A stretch of 64,000 bases of DNA, taken from the NCBI RefSeq assembly GCF_963921235.1, contig NC_086097.1, positions 195,860,001 to 195,924,000 of the forward strand. The letters run 5' to 3'. This document shows, piece after piece, positions 14,025 through 28,900 of the stretch; within the stretch, counting starts at the first letter, position 1; each line of letters begins with the position of its first letter. The position numbers were made by a program, and so were the translations under genes. The stretch is from Mobula hypostoma (Eukaryota). The notes under the pieces were generated by a model that saw only the letters and a program-made list of their open reading frames with translations, was not told the DNA's origin and searched no databases.

Positions 14025-14735
14025 TGACCAAATTTGCGGATGATACAAAGATAGGTGGAGAAGCAGCATTGAGAAAGCATGGAGTCAGCAGAGGGACTCG
14101 GACAGATTAGGAAATTGAGCAAACAATTGGCAGATGGAATAAATGCCATGTAGGAAAGTGTATGGTCATGCACTTTGGTAGAAGGAACAAAGGTGTTTCT
14201 GAATGGGAGTGAATCAGAATTAAAGGTGCAAAGGGATCTGGGAGTCTTAGTGCAGGATTGCCTAAAGTTTAACTATCAGGTTGAGTCAGCAGGAAGGAAG
14301 GCAAATGCAATGTTAGCATTCACTTCAAGAGGACTAGAAAAGCAAGGGTATAATACTGAGGCTTTATAGGGCATTGGTCAGACCACATTTGGAGTATTAT
14401 TAGCAGGTTTGGGCCCCTAATGTAAGGAAGGATGGATGTAATAGAGAGATTCTAGGACTAAAGCAGAGCCTCAGAATACATTTAGAAGAGAGATGAGGAG
14501 GAATTTCTTTAACCACAGTGTGGTATATTTATGGAATTCATTACCACTGATGACGGTGGAGGCCAAGTCATTTGGTACATTTAAAGTGGAGGTTGATCGG
14601 TACTTAATTATTACGGGTGTCAAAGGCTATGGAGAGAAGGCTGGAAAATGGGGTAATAAATTTATCAAGATGGAACACCAGAGCAGAATCAATGAACAAA
14701 ATGGCCTAATTTTGCTCCTATGAATTATGGTCTTA
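14025..14735 (+). mobile_element. CR1 LINE 3' fragment with internal deletions
   Basis: TKFADDTKIGG (RT catalytic region), VQRDLGVLV, KANAMLAF, MRRNFF..VVYLWNSLP. Confidence 0.85.
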
Positions 14736-15336
14736 AGCAACAGCTTCGGACCAGGCATTGAGAGTGTTTGAAAAAAGTAATTATAGCTGTGGTTTAAGCA
14801 AGGATGGAAGGATGAATTAAATTGTTCTTTAGGTTGACCATTTGGAGTAGATCAATCTGAGCTCGGTTATGATTTGTTACCCCATGACAAAACTTAAGAT
14901 ATCTTCCTGTATTCTGTTAAACAAGTAGGTTAATCAAATTGCTTAAATAATCTTCATTATTGATCAAATAATTTGCATGGACATTAAGTGTTTTGATACT
15001 ATTGAACATTGTGGCTTGGAAAGCAGGTGGTAAGTTGTTGCAAAATAATATTATTATTTTAATACAAAGATAAATGATGTTGGTATACAAATGGTAGGGT
15101 TACATATTAGCAATGAGTCATTGTTGTAAATAACTATAAATAAATTGAAGATAAAGCATCTTTAATGTTGTCACACAAACAGAGTTGATCATTTCAAGCA
15201 GCAAATAATGCAACAATAAAGCATAAACATGTTTCAAGATAAATTGTATATAGATTTATATGAATCTGAAGTATTTCTCATTTGTCAAATACATTTGTCA
15301 AATTTGGAAATCTAAAATGGGAAAGCTATATATAGG

Positions 15337-15337
<1 letters not shown>

Positions 15338-15370
<33 letters not shown>
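15338..15370. repeat. (TA)n(TG)n microsatellite
   Basis: Seen directly. Confidence 0.95.
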
Positions 15371-18300
15371 GTTTTGCCTTAAAATATTCATTTAAAGGAA
15401 ACAAAATTAACATTTTAGACACTGAAGTGACACAGATATGGTAAGGGAATTCCTATCATAGATCTCCTGTTTAGTGACAGGGAAACATGAATACTTCAAT
15501 CTCCATCCAAAGAGTAGGGCAAAGAACAAAACACGATTGTCAAGCTTTCTTGCTTTCAATACCATAAAATCAATTTGTAACAGATTTTTTGTAAGAGGCA
15601 ACATAATGTATTAAGTTTGTTATTTAATACCTCAGAGAAATCCTCCTCCAGGCAATGCAATTAGATATGCTTGTGTGAGCACTAAGCATGCAAATTGTTT
15701 TTATGTAGCATGCAGTCCAATAAATTTGCCTTTATTTTCTTATGATTCTAGCTTCGAGCATTGATCTCACAACGTTAGAAAATACAACATTTAAACTGTA
15801 TACAACATACAAAAATATGTGAACTACAGAAAGGTATTATACCAAATAGATAATCATTTATCTTCATAACATTAAAAATCATGCTATGAGAAATGACCAT
15901 GTAGCCCATTTGGTTACACTTTCAATTTATACAGTGCATTTTATCACTGGAACAGACCCAATCTATTTATTCTATTCAGCCTTGAAATAAATACATTGTA
16001 TCATGCAAAGCTTTGTAAACAGCCTTGGCAATTAAGATTATATTCCTCATTCCCACTTCCTTGTGTATTAATTCAACAGTTGAACAAGTGCAACACCACA
16101 AGTTTGACATAAACCTCACATGGTTTTAGATCTAGGCAAAAAGCTTTACCCATGCACCTGATACCAAGCAAATCAGCTGAAACATTAAACTTTATTATGT
16201 TATACTAATTAACAAAACATACGTGTGCGGTGTTTAGCCAGTGATATCATAAACTACTTTTCAAGTTTCAATCACTATGAACTAAAATATCCCTCAGTTG
16301 ATATTTTGAGTGTTGTACAGATATTCTTTTCCTGTATAGTGCAATCTTTTTGTAATCAGTTGCAAAAGATGCAAAACTGATAATTCAGCAGTTTAATCAG
16401 TTCACTATTTAATGTAAGACCTTAAACGAATATAAAATATGCAAGCTAATATGAACGGGTTCTTTTTTTAAAAATGACACTGACACTTAAACTCATTCAA
16501 CATCATTCACTTTGAGGACTACTCAAACCAAAGATATCAAAATAGATTTTGATAATTTCTGTCTATTCACTATGAATTAATGTTGCAGCTGTAAAACATC
16601 AGAAGAGTAAATGTAGTGTGAGAAAAATTTAGAAAAGTAAATGTTGTTCTTCTGATATTTGATCTGTGCAGTTAAGTAAACTGACCTGAACTAAATTCAA
16701 GAAACACAGTGCAGGTATTAGTTTCAACTGAATGACTTAGTCATAAAGTCAAATATTTTTTGTTATCGTATATCTTAAAAATACTAAGTTATGAAATCTT
16801 GTTTCAGATCAAAATTACTTGGATGTGTAGGGAAAGTGACATATCCTGCAAAGTCGGAGCTGGAAATTGGGATTAGGCCGTGTGTGACTCTTCTTTGATT
16901 AACTTAGTTTCAATGGCATGAATAGCCTCTTTTTGCTGTAAAAATGCAATAATTATTTAATAAATTTATTTCATTACAAACTTCCCATCCAACACTTTTT
17001 TATATGTGGAATCAGCTTATAATCATTCTTCAGAGAAAATATAATTCCGAAATGAATTCAGTTGCTATCTCTCTATCTTTTCACAAAATAGCTTGATCTT
17101 AAGTATTTTATACCTGTTCACCAAATGAGATTTGTTTAAATAGGACCTTATCTTTGGCATGTACATAATTCAGCACAGTATGAGAAAGTGTTATGTGTAA
17201 GTAATACCTCAAGGCACTGTTCAATCAGCTGTTTGTTTCTTTAAGGAACACTGATAAGTGTTTATTCTAGAGTTACATCATTTGTGAATACTGTTGTTTA
17301 ATAAAAAGATTGTTCTGTTAAACATGTCTTACTGAACTATTTTTAAATGGCAAAAGATTTCTTGTTCAAATTATATAATTATTTTCTTCTTGGAATATCA
17401 ATTTTTCAATTCTTGCTCCCAAAACAAAAGTATTTTCATCTCATGCACCTAGTGTTATTAATAGACAATGCATGCACTAATAAGCACTAAGGCTGCATCA
17501 TATAAAAAGACTCATTCTCCAAATATGCTTGAACTAAGATCACATCTGTCTCTTTCAATGCTCTGTTTTAAAAACAAAAAATGTATTATCTAGATAATAA
17601 TAAATATAAAAATGATTACAAGGCAGTTAACATCTTAATATTGTTGGATTGATCACGTAAACTATTTGGCTGGAGTTGCTACCTTGAAATCATTTCCATC
17701 AAAATGTTATTTTTATTATGTAATATATGGATGTCATTGGAGCAATTTTTTTTTCTTTTTGTTCTAGCAGTGGGTATACAGTAGGCAGAGATATCAGCAG
17801 ATAGTTCATAATTACAGAAATTCAAGTTTTAACAACTATGATACAATCAGAGCAAATTGAAAATGTATTGTTTAATTAAAAAACAACCAAAGCAGTGTAT
17901 CTGCTCAAAACCTAAAGCAGGCTGATAAAATGTACTTTGTGTACTGAAGGTAATAAATGCAGTACTGAATATAATTGATCAGAGGAATGATAAGGAATGA
18001 CATCATTACCACAGTGAAATAGTATGAACAACCTTTACGGATATAACCAGCAAAATGTGACAGCCCACGGAATAAACTAAACTAAAATTAAGTTAAAAGG
18101 ATAAAAAAATGATATGCATTTATATAGTACTTTTCACCACCTTAGGTGTTCCATCAAAGATTTTATAAAACATTATCGTTGACAAATATTATCATTGTCA
18201 AAAGTCAAAATGATAGAGTGTGACAACCAATTATTTGCTCAGTCCTTACGGTATTTATACTTCACATGTACACAACAAAGTCCCAAAAAGCAACAATGTG

Positions 18301-20347
18301 AAAATGCCATAGAGTCTGCTTTATGTATGGCCAAGGTTCTCTGGAAAACACCTTTGCTGTTTTTTGAGGTATTGGCGGAATACCTTTGATCTTCAACCAT
18401 GTAGTACTCCTCCAATGCTATACTGCTGCATCTCATTGATGCTTCCCTCAGTATTCACATGTGATAATCGTTACTATAAAAAGTGGGAGTTAGGTTGTAT
18501 ATAATCAGTCTTAATAATGTTTTCTAATTATACCATATGTAGCATGTCTGTTGCTACCAAATGTCATTGTTTACTATTCTGAATAAATAAAAGTGCTTTA
18601 GAAAAGTAGTGACTGCCATACTGTAGACAACTGAGCTGACAATTCTTTCTTTAAATCACACAAGCAGGCTGTTCAGCCCAACTAGCTTTTGCCAGTGCTA
18701 ATCTGCTTAGCTCTGCTCCATAGCAATGTAGTAATATTTACCATTCCTATAAAATAGGTCCAGCCACCACTATTGCTGCTCTACAGTTAGAACTGCATTG
18801 TCCTGAAACTGTCTATTTCAATTATTCTCCTTCATAACTTATTCTGCCAAACACTGGTTTGAAACTTTATTTACTATCCTCCACAGTAATTATATAGACG
18901 GTGAAAGGGTAGACCTGACAAAACTGACGAACACATTGCAAAATCATTTCACAAGCACAATTGCACTGAAAACTTTTAGAAAGTCGCAGCATAATGAGAA
19001 ATAAATCACATATTTATATTCCACTATATATCCAGAAAATAATTATTTTTCCTACAAAGAATTCTCAAAGCAAATACTGTGATGAAGAATATGTTCACAA
19101 TTAATGGTCCCCATTTTTGCTCTGCTCATCAATAATAATATCCCTATTTACAAATTGAAGCAATCAATCATGAACACACGCTCTGTGAGACAATTCTCAG
19201 TTTGGACTAAGCAGGTCACTCAACTTTTTACGGGTGTTATCGCTGCACTAAATAGCAGTTTACTGAAAAGGGATCAGATTGTCAGGTAATAGAAAATAAT
19301 ATGAGCAGTAACTAGTATGACATCAATTGTCTAATATTGTTTAGTCATGCTGTATATTTATTTGCATCTGTAAACACTTACATAGTACGTGAATTTGTTG
19401 CTTGAGCATTGCAGCATACCAAACTCTGGGGTTCTGATGATTGCTTAAGATTTGGCAACTGCCAAGTAAAAGTGGCAGGGTCTGCAATCTTATTCTGAAA
19501 GAAGCTCAAATCAACTAAAAGATTATAACAGCAGCCTGCATTTAGCTGGTAATTCTAATAAGAGTTTTAAATGAAGCATGCTTTCTTGTTCATCATATTT
19601 ATCTTTTTATTACTGCATTTGCACATTATTATATATAGCATCAGAAGTTCCATCATTATTTAAAGCATCACAACTTAATTCTATTTGTCCTTACATTAAC
19701 TAGCTAGGGAATGACAGAAGTACTGAAGCTATTATATCTAGTTTTTCATTATTCTTTGCATGAAACAGCCAAAAATCAGAATTCTTGTTAATCTAATACT
19801 GCCAAGTAAAACAAACTTCATTTCAGAAATGTAATGCTCTGTGGATGAGGTGAAAATCGTTGGAAATAAATGTTCAATTCTGTAAGTTTGGATCGTGTTC
19901 TGGAACTTCTTGTGATTTTGCCTGCCTTTCTTTGATCATTCATGCACAATTCACAAAAATTTCCTCCTCTTCCTTTCCTTATTTTTAACAACTCAAACAT
20001 ATGTATACCTATTTCTCCTTAACCATAGTTGTTGATGTCATTTTCATAGCTCTTTTCACAATTCCATCAGTCCATCAATTCCTCATGAGTTTCATTGTCT
20101 TGATTTTGTTCCATCACTTTACTTATTTTCCTCTTCCTTCAGTATTCCTCCATTCCAATCCTGCCCTCTCATCACTGGCCTACCTGAATGTTTCACCGTT
20201 TCCTTTCCTGCTTGCCTTAATTTATAGGCAAATGCATTTCAATCATTTATTTTTCTTTCTGTCCCTTCCATCTCTTTGCTTTCCCTGTCAGCCCGTTATT
20301 TCTAAATCTTAGCTTCAACAGCACTTTATCAGATGTTGCAGTTTATC

Positions 20348-20424
20348 ATATTGTATCATTTCTTAATGCATGCATTACTAAATGACAATAAAAGAGGACT
20401 GCATGTCTTCATAATCTAATCTAA
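20348..20424 (+). mobile_element. Short retroposon 3' end with (AATCT)n tail
   Basis: Near-identical to about 45610-45693 (TTGTATCATTTCTTAATGCATGCATTACTAAATGACAATAAAAGAGGACTGC..AATCTAATCT). Confidence 0.7.
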
Positions 20425-23350
20425 TATACCTAATCCAAAAGTCTCCATCTCTGCTTAGGTCCCCAAGACTATTGAAAATGTAAGTCACATCACAGATACC
20501 AGTTGACATAAGTTACATTCCTGGGTTGGTTCCATAAAGCAAATTGTATACATAAGAATATTTGACAATCTCAATATTTGATAAGTCAAAATCAGCTTTA
20601 CTAAAACTACACTGAGCTCAATCTAACATGAATCTGTTTTACATAAAATGCAGTCTGACAGATAGTCAACTTTGCAGTCCAATCCTGGATTACTCGTAAG
20701 TTCTCACAAGTGACATATAAACAAGTGACTATAAACATGTTGATGCAGTACAGAGTCCAGATTTATATCTAATGATCACAATGCCAATCCAGGTATGCTC
20801 CAGTATGATTTGGCTACCCAAACATGAGCCTCGGTGCAGTTGTTGAACTAACAGTTTCAGCTTTTCTCTCACCATTGCTGTCCATTGTTATTACATGTGC
20901 ACAACTATCACCTTCCATCAAATAATAAATAAGGCTGCAACAACTTTATAAAATATAAGGGAAAATTTACCAATTCTACACACCTGACAGAGAGCCAGAT
21001 TTTCAGGATGTGAGAAACTCACCTTTCTCAATACTTTGCCTTAAATCTTTCTGGATTACACACCTTGCATGTGCACTTCTGATGAAAGTTAATTTACCCA
21101 AAACATCAATCTTTCTCTTTTCGTGGATGCTACCTGACATGGTGAGCATTTCCAGCATTTTCTTTTTTTTAATTCAAATGCATATCCTGACTGGTTTATA
21201 TAGGAGAATTTATCAATCTCCTTCCTCCTGTGATTTTAGCATTATTACATAATATTTTCTGTCTGAGGTATCCTAGCACAACTGATAGGTGCCAATGAGT
21301 ATCATCAAACAAAGATGAATTGTATATTGTTCAAGTTAAGGCATTAACAGCAGAATTTTGGATGACCTCAAGTTGACAAAGAACCAAACAAGGAAGTCCA
21401 AGAGGAGTACGGGAATAAGCAGGTATAGGTGTAAAAAAAAATGTTTCAGAGCAGATGATTTAAGGTAGAGATGGAATAGAACAATATTACAGAGATGGCA
21501 ATTGATGGTACTTATAATGACAGAGTTAAGTAGTCATAAGTTCATCACTAAGTCAAGAAAGACACCAAACCAGTCTGTTTCCAATTCAGTCATTTCAGAC
21601 ATAGTAGGAAGAAGGATTGAATTAGTGGCTAGAGAAGAGAGGTTGTGATGGCAACTGAAGACAAAAGCTTTGAGCTTCCCAGTACTTAGCCAGAGGAGAA
21701 TTCTGTTCATCAGCAACTACATGTTAAACAAGCAGGCTGACCATTTACACACAGTGCAGGAGTCAGAAGAAATGATGGTAAAATCAAGATGGTATTGGAA
21801 GAATACATTTGGAAATTGAAATTCAAATGGCATATCATCATGGATCAATGCCTAATATAGGAGGTGGCCAAATGTGCATCCTCAGAGAACCCCAAGATGA
21901 CAGCACAAACACAGTAAGAGAAACCATTGCAGATGATTCCTGGTTGACTGGATAAAAAGGAATGGAATCTGTCAATGCGTCAACATGATCATAAGCTAGT
22001 GGAAAGACATTTTTACATGGAATATGATTACTATTAAAATTAGGTATTTAGCCTTGGATCAGTTATGCTAAATAAGATAATCTCATTGGGTGTGTGCTAT
22101 AGTCTATTTTTCACAGTTGATTCCACTGGATTGAATAAACTAAATTTCAGGAGTCAATTAAACATGGAGATTCTAACATATCACATAGTTCTATGTATGG
22201 TACAATGGACTCTGCATGTTCAATAATTCTAATTCATACCCTTTCAAATAAATAATTATGCAAATATTATATGTAAACTTCTAATCGAAATGCATGAGAT
22301 TAAATTTCAGAATGCACTGTGCAGCTAAGAACAGTTTTAAAGGCAATGGTGTTAAATTATGGTCCTAATTTCTAAGGCATATTGCATTTCTGCACATTCA
22401 AAGTCAATTCTGTGGCCTTTTGATAAAGAATTTGCTGTGAAAAAGATTAGATACTTCAAGTACCAGTGTCACTTTCAAAAGCAGTTTCAAATCAGCTGAT
22501 CCGAATGATCATGTTGGCGCTCATCACATATGCACTGAGCTCCAGTCAAAAACTTCCCAAAGATCAATTAATATCAGGAAGGAAAGATAAAAAACATTTT
22601 CCCTTATTATATAAACAACTTCTCTGTGGATTATGGTTCAGCCTCTGCTCCATCTTACGTTGTAGTAAGACTACAATCTATGCGAAGGCCAGGAAGGTTA
22701 AGATTAGCTCTGAGAGGCTTAATGTTCTAACAGTAAGATGATAAAACTGACTTCCTAGTATTGAGTCAATTTTATACTAATATACTTCTGAAACTGCAAA
22801 TGAGACAGTATAAATAAACCATCAGTAAAAACTCTTCCACTAATATTTGATCCACTTGCAATGTTGCTAATATTCTAACCATATACCAAGGGAGAGATTA
22901 CCTGAAGCTCACTAGGATAACTGTTCTTTTATACTTCTCAATGAATACACTAAGAGAAATTTTTTTTCAATAAAATAATTTCACGACATATGCTGGTGAT
23001 ATTAAACCTGAGTCTGATAATTCTACATTATTTAAGTTTATTAAAAAATGAAAAAACAAAGATTTGATCATTTCATTATTCATCAAGATATGCTACGATA
23101 ACATAAGGAGTGGGAATTGACAAAGGCCACATGACCCCTCAAGCCTGCTCTGCCATTCAATTAGATTATGGTTGATCTGATCTTTGATCTCAACTATTTC
23201 CTTGCCTTGTCCCATGCTTTTCATTGGCCTATAATACAAATATCTATTTCAGACTTAACATCACAGCTCCCTAGGGTATAGAATTGCGAAGATCCATAAC
23301 CCTCTGAGACGAGAAGTTCCTCTTCATCTCAACTGTTATACTGAGACTAA

Positions 23351-23666
23351 AAAAAGGCATCCATTAGTCTTGCAAGACCATGGATCTGTGCCTGGAAAGT
23401 CTTTACTCTCCAGGGCGCAGGCCTGAGCAAGGTTGTATTGAAGACCAGCAGTTGCCCATGCTGCAAGTCTCCCCTCTCCACGACACCAATGTTGTCCAAG
23501 GGAAGGGCATTAGGGCCCATACAGCTTGGCACCAGTGTCATTGCAGAGCAATGTGTGATTAAGTGCCTTGCTCAAGGAAACAACACGTGCCTCAGCTGGG
23601 GCTCAAACTCACGACCTTCAGGTCACTAGTCCAAAACCTTAACCACTTGGCCACGTGCCCACAAGG
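23351..23666 (-). mobile_element. Full-length tRNA-derived SINE with 10-bp TSD
   Basis: Minus strand has A box TGGCCAAGTGG, B box GTTTGAGCC and central CCTTGAGCAAGGCACTTAA; TSD CTGAGACTAA at 23341-23350 and 23667-23676. Confidence 0.85.
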
Positions 23667-24429
23667 CTGAGACTAATGCCCTTAGTTTTATACTACAAAA
23701 CAAAACATTATCATTCTTCTGAACTACAAAGAACTTATACCACTTTTTCCACATAGGTGAACTCTCATCCCAGGAATCATACTACTGAATATTTAATGCA
23801 CCACCTCTATTGAAGGATACTTCTACTTGAATAAAGAGATCAAAACTGTACATAGGACACCAGTCCTCTCAGTTGTAGCGAGATCTCCTTACTCCATCTC
23901 CTTTCCTTTAATAGTCTTTGCAGGTATTGGCAATGAAACTTACAATATATAATCAGCCATCACTTCAATAATATTTAGAACAACATTTATTTCTTGTTGC
24001 TATTACGATAATATTTCTGTTTCCTTGGATTCTGAATGACAGTGCAACACATTACTTTTGGCACTGGCCATTCACAATTGCTGTTCATTCTGATGCTATG
24101 TCAAGCTTTGGTTCTAGATAAAGCTACTTTGAAACAAAATATTTATGTGCCGTAATTTTTATGTACTCTTACCTTTGGCTGACAGATTTTCTAATACTGA
24201 TATGTACAAATCGAAAAATTCAATAACTACGGCTGCAACTTTGATGTCAGTCTTGCTTCATATGTATTTAAAATCTTTAGTAACTAAAATCTATATTTAT
24301 CTTATTGCAAAGTTTAGATATCTTGAGTAATTGAAAAATAAAAGTATCAGTGCATTGATGGACCTAAACTTTGGTGCAGAGAATGACACATGGCCAGCAC
24401 AATAAATGTGCACTTGAAGCAACATTTAA

Positions 24430-25240
24430 TCGGCTGAAGAAACTCAGCAGGTCAAGCAGCATCTATTGAGGGTAAGGAATTGTCAATGTTTCATGTTGAG
24501 ACCATGCATCAGGACTGAGAGTGGAGATAGCCGGAAAAAAAGAGGAAATGTGGAATGGAAGAACAGGGGAGGTGATTGTTGGGCCGAGGAGGGGTTAAGG
24601 ATGATAGGCAGGTGGAGTCAGAAAAGAGAGGGCAAGTGTGGAGTTGCAAGACCTAGGCAGGTGAATAGTTGGTGAAGGCAAACAAAAAGGCACTTAAAGC
24701 CAGCTGAGGAGAGAGTGAAGGTGGAGTTTGCTAGAAAAGTGATAAGCAAGAACACAAAGGCTACCAGTAGTTGAATTTGATAGGCAAGGAAGGCGATGAT
24801 GGGAACCAATAGGAATGAGGTGAAAGGCAGATGGAACCAGAGTCAGGTGGGAAAGGGGGGAAATGCAGTGAGTAAAATATGTGGTAGTGGGTTCACGAAA
24901 CAAGAAGGGAGATGGGATGGTAAAATTGTGATGGTCAGTTAGGTGGCTATAAGAAAGGGGACAATAAGAGGTGAATCAGAAGGAAAAGTAGGGATGGATG
25001 GGAAAACAGGAAATAAGGGTTACCTGAAACTGGAAAATTACTTGTTCATGCCACTGAACTGCAAACTAGCCAGGTAGTCTTTGAGGAGTTGTTCCTCTAG
25101 TATGCTTTGGTCTCACCCTGGCAATGGAAGCGGCCAAGGACAAAAAGGTCAATGTGGAATTAGGAAGGGGAATCAAATTGGCATGCAACTGGGAGCTCAT
25201 GATAATCATTGGGATAGAGCACAGGTTCTCTGTAAGTTTC
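24430..25240 (-). mobile_element. Penelope-like element 3' part (endonuclease C-terminus, pyrimidine-rich UTR, terminal repeat)
   Basis: Minus strand near 25100-25020 reads EEQLLKDYLASLQFSGMNK*FSSFR*, like Penelope ORF ends; degenerate CTGATG..GAAAC hammerhead-like motif near 24488-24512. Confidence 0.65.
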
Positions 25241-25517
25241 CCTTAATGTACATTTACTGGCCAACGATGAATTTCAACCCTCAAACCTTCCCACTCAAGA
25301 TTATTGTAAAGTCAAACCATTATAATGTGTTATGACTAATATTCATGTCTTGTTCTTTTTCACATTTCTTTAAAATATTTACGTTTAAATGCTGAACACT
25401 AGGATGAGATCCTTGTGATAGTTGGCTGAAAAATATTACTGAACTCTGAAAGTTGTCATTAAAGATGGCAAAGATAATGCAAATGTGAAAGTCAAATTTC
25501 ATTCATCTGGCTATCTT

Positions 25518-25961
25518 CAGGGGTGCAGTGGTAGCTGGAGCGCTCTGAAACGCGTTCGGCACCTCTTTAAGAAAAAAGACGAAATAAACAAGCTAATTAA
25601 TTAGGTGCCGCCCGGGGTGATTTGAGTCTCTCAGAAACTGCTGATCTCCTGGTATTTTTACGCACAACATACTCTGAAGTTTACAAAGAATGGTGCCAAA
25701 AACAAAAAAAATCCAGCGAGTGGCTGTTCCATGAGTGAAGACATCTTGTTAAATCCACTCGCTGGATTTTTTTTTGTTTTTGGTGCCATTCTTTGTAAAC
25801 TCCAGAGTATGTTGTGCGTAAAAATCCCAGGAGGTCAGCAGTTTCTGAGAGACTCAAATCACCCAGGGTGGCACCTAATAAATTAGCTTGTTTATTTCGT
25901 CTTTTTTCTTAAAGAGGTGCCAAACACATTTCAGAGTGCTTTGGCTACCACTGCACCCCTA
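25518..25961. mobile_element. Foldback (palindromic) non-autonomous hAT-type element containing a Tc1 transposase fragment
   Basis: About 205-bp inverted arms (25518-25723 / 25755-25961), 31-nt spacer; termini CAGGGG..CCCCTA; 8-bp TSD GCTATCTT / GTTATCTT. Confidence 0.88.
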
Positions 25962-28900
25962 GTTATCTTGCTTCCTCAGGTAACAAAGATTAGATAGATG
26001 TACATAGGTGTCTAACACCACCATGGAGAACTTTCTATTAAATGGAATCCTCAAGTTTAACAATGGCACAAATAAACTATTCTAATGCTTTAATTAAAAT
26101 GTAACCTGCTATGAGCAGCAGCTACATTTAATTCTGTCACTTAGATATAAGTTTTGAGTGAGATCAAAATGTTTAAGCAATCTAAATGAATGTCAGTAAA
26201 TAAAAGAGCAATATAAAGTGCAACAATATTATTTTAACATTTGATCTATTATTTCAACTCTCATAAACTCCTATTAAAATATTAATCATCCTAGCATGAA
26301 TATGTTAAAAACAGAGGAAATGTTTTTTGTTCAAGATATTTCACATTCATTTCTGTTAAATAAAATGCAAGTTATGTAAAATATATTAACATTTTTAAAA
26401 ACGCTAACCTGTTCCATTCATGTCAGCGGTGGAAAGCTGCTAAAGCTTGCCAGAGATATGCAATTCCCAATTAGCTGCCAGTCCAGACCCAAGGAAATTC
26501 AAGAAAATGACTATATACACTCAGAAAATTCTCATTTAAAACTATTTTGTGTGATTACACACTGTAAAATTTTTGAAAATCAGTATTTATAGCTCAAAAT
26601 GGATGTGAACTCTTTTTTCTCTGGTTTGTGTTTAAAGTGCATATACATGGGTGATGCTATGCAAAAATCAGTATAAGATTTTATCTTAGGAGCATACAAA
26701 AACCCACATGCAGTGCAGATTATTTGTATCTGACATAACAACATTTAGAGTATAGACAATGACAGGTACTCATTCAGGCTTTACAGTGATGACATGTCTC
26801 CTCAGTACCAATGCTCTTAGTACAGAATTATCTGAATAAGTTATGAACTATTAAATTGCATAAATAATTTTTATGATTACATGAACTTTTGAATTGCATG
26901 AACAGAAAAAGAAGCTATGTGCATATGCTGACTGACATTTCAGAAAAATCAAAGGTGGAAGGAACTTACGTTAAATGAGATTTCCTATTTCTGCTGTATT
27001 TTGTTAAGCTTTAAGCTGGGCCAGGTACTTAGTAAAACATGCTGCTCTGTGATGTAATGCTATAAGCTTGTTTTGAATCTATCAGATATAGAATACTTTG
27101 CCAAGAGTCCTGGGAAAGGCCAATAAATCTGCTTTGAACTGTTGGCACTTCCAACACCCCTTCAGTCCATAATTGTGTAAAACATTGGGATTCCCTTAGA
27201 AAAGCAAAAGTCCTAAACATGCTGGGTGCTCTTTACCAGGGGTCTGCCATCTCCATTGGCATTGAACTCTTCATGGAGACCTACTGTAAACAACAACACT
27301 TCTTTTTCAATTTGTCAGCCTGTAACTCTGGAAATTCATTTTAGACAACTTTTTCAAGATTCCTTCCAAATACATTGTTATAGGAAACTTTGATTTCTTA
27401 CAATCTTTATGTAGTTTTGTTTCTAGTTTTTTATTCAAGTCATGTTATGATTAGTTTAAATGGTTATTTTCAAGTTATCATTTTTGTGATCAGAAGAAAA
27501 TAAAATCATAATTTACTTTTTGTACAGACTTCATAATCTTCAAGAAATCTTCAGCTCAAACTCCAACTTTTCCCAGAAAGGTAACTCATTCTAAATCTCT
27601 CTTTATAACTAGTATTTCATTCTTAATAACATCCTAATGAATCTATAATATAATGTAACGTTGCTTTTGCACAAAAATTGCACATCATAATCCTAACTAA
27701 AGTGCTTTACCAGTTTAAGGTTCTTTTTTAATTTGTTTCAAGATATAAATTAAACTGGATCAAATTTATTGCCTGAACGTACAGTAGAAAACATACTGGT
27801 CAATTTTCTTTTGGCGGTTACTTGTGACACTGAATAGCTTCCTGTGTCTTGAGGCCTAGAAGCAAATGTAGACTAGAGATATGAGAGACAGCAGATGCTG
27901 GAATCTAGAGCAAGAAGAACAATCTGTTGGAGAAACATAATGGGTCAAGCAGCATCTATAAATGGAAAGAAGTTGTTAATGTTTTGGGTCAATGTTAACA
28001 TAGACTAAGAGGGATAGATTCCTTCTAAAAATTACATTTTCTTGTGCTTATACACTAATTACTGGATCTATGGGACTCAATCTCATAACTTAATCTTTTG
28101 GGATTTGTGTTTCTGCAACAGAAATTGACTGCTTGATCGAAGCACACAAAATGCTAATAGCTGCTCATATGATTCTCCTGAAATTTGTTCATTGAAGATA
28201 TTGGGGTGTGTTTATGAAGCTGAACTCAACCTGCTGCTGGCCCTGTGTTGCAAATTTAGTTCTAGTGACCAAGCACAAATATCTATGCCATGGCACATTA
28301 CTATAAATACAGTTTTATTCTACTATATATCCATACACAATTTATGTGCTTGCAAAATCCCTCTGTTCTTGCACTCTATACTTACATATGCAAAACAATT
28401 GCTTTATCAAAGTTTTACTGCTGTCTTGAAGGCCAAGTATGTGCAAACTAAGCTGCTTATGCTCCTTTGCCTCATTTAAACTGCTACCAGTAAGGTTACT
28501 TTATTTAAGACGTGCAGCATTGATTAATTCATTGATTTATTTAATTTTCTATTTTCATCTGTAATCTATCCTTTTCATCCCTCATTTTGGCATCAAGTTT
28601 TAATATTGATCCCTTCCTTCCTAAATCCTACATCTATTCAAAGTAAGTAAAATGATCCCACTATTGTCCACATTAGAATTCTACTCAGTATTTCTTTATA
28701 CTCCATAAAGTTTAATCTTATCCCTTACAGTTGCATTCTACCTTTCATCTCATTCTTTCATGTGGACACAAATCCTCTAATGTCACTGAACATTATGGAA
28801 GTAAATCAATGGCATATTTTTAGTGTGTGAAGTAACTTCTAGCAAACATAACATCAATAAATACTAGAAATGCACAGAAGGTTGATCAGCATTTACACTC

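Noticed and set aside
23560..23660. tRNA gene
   Set aside because: A and B boxes belong to the head of a TSD-flanked SINE; no convincing cloverleaf
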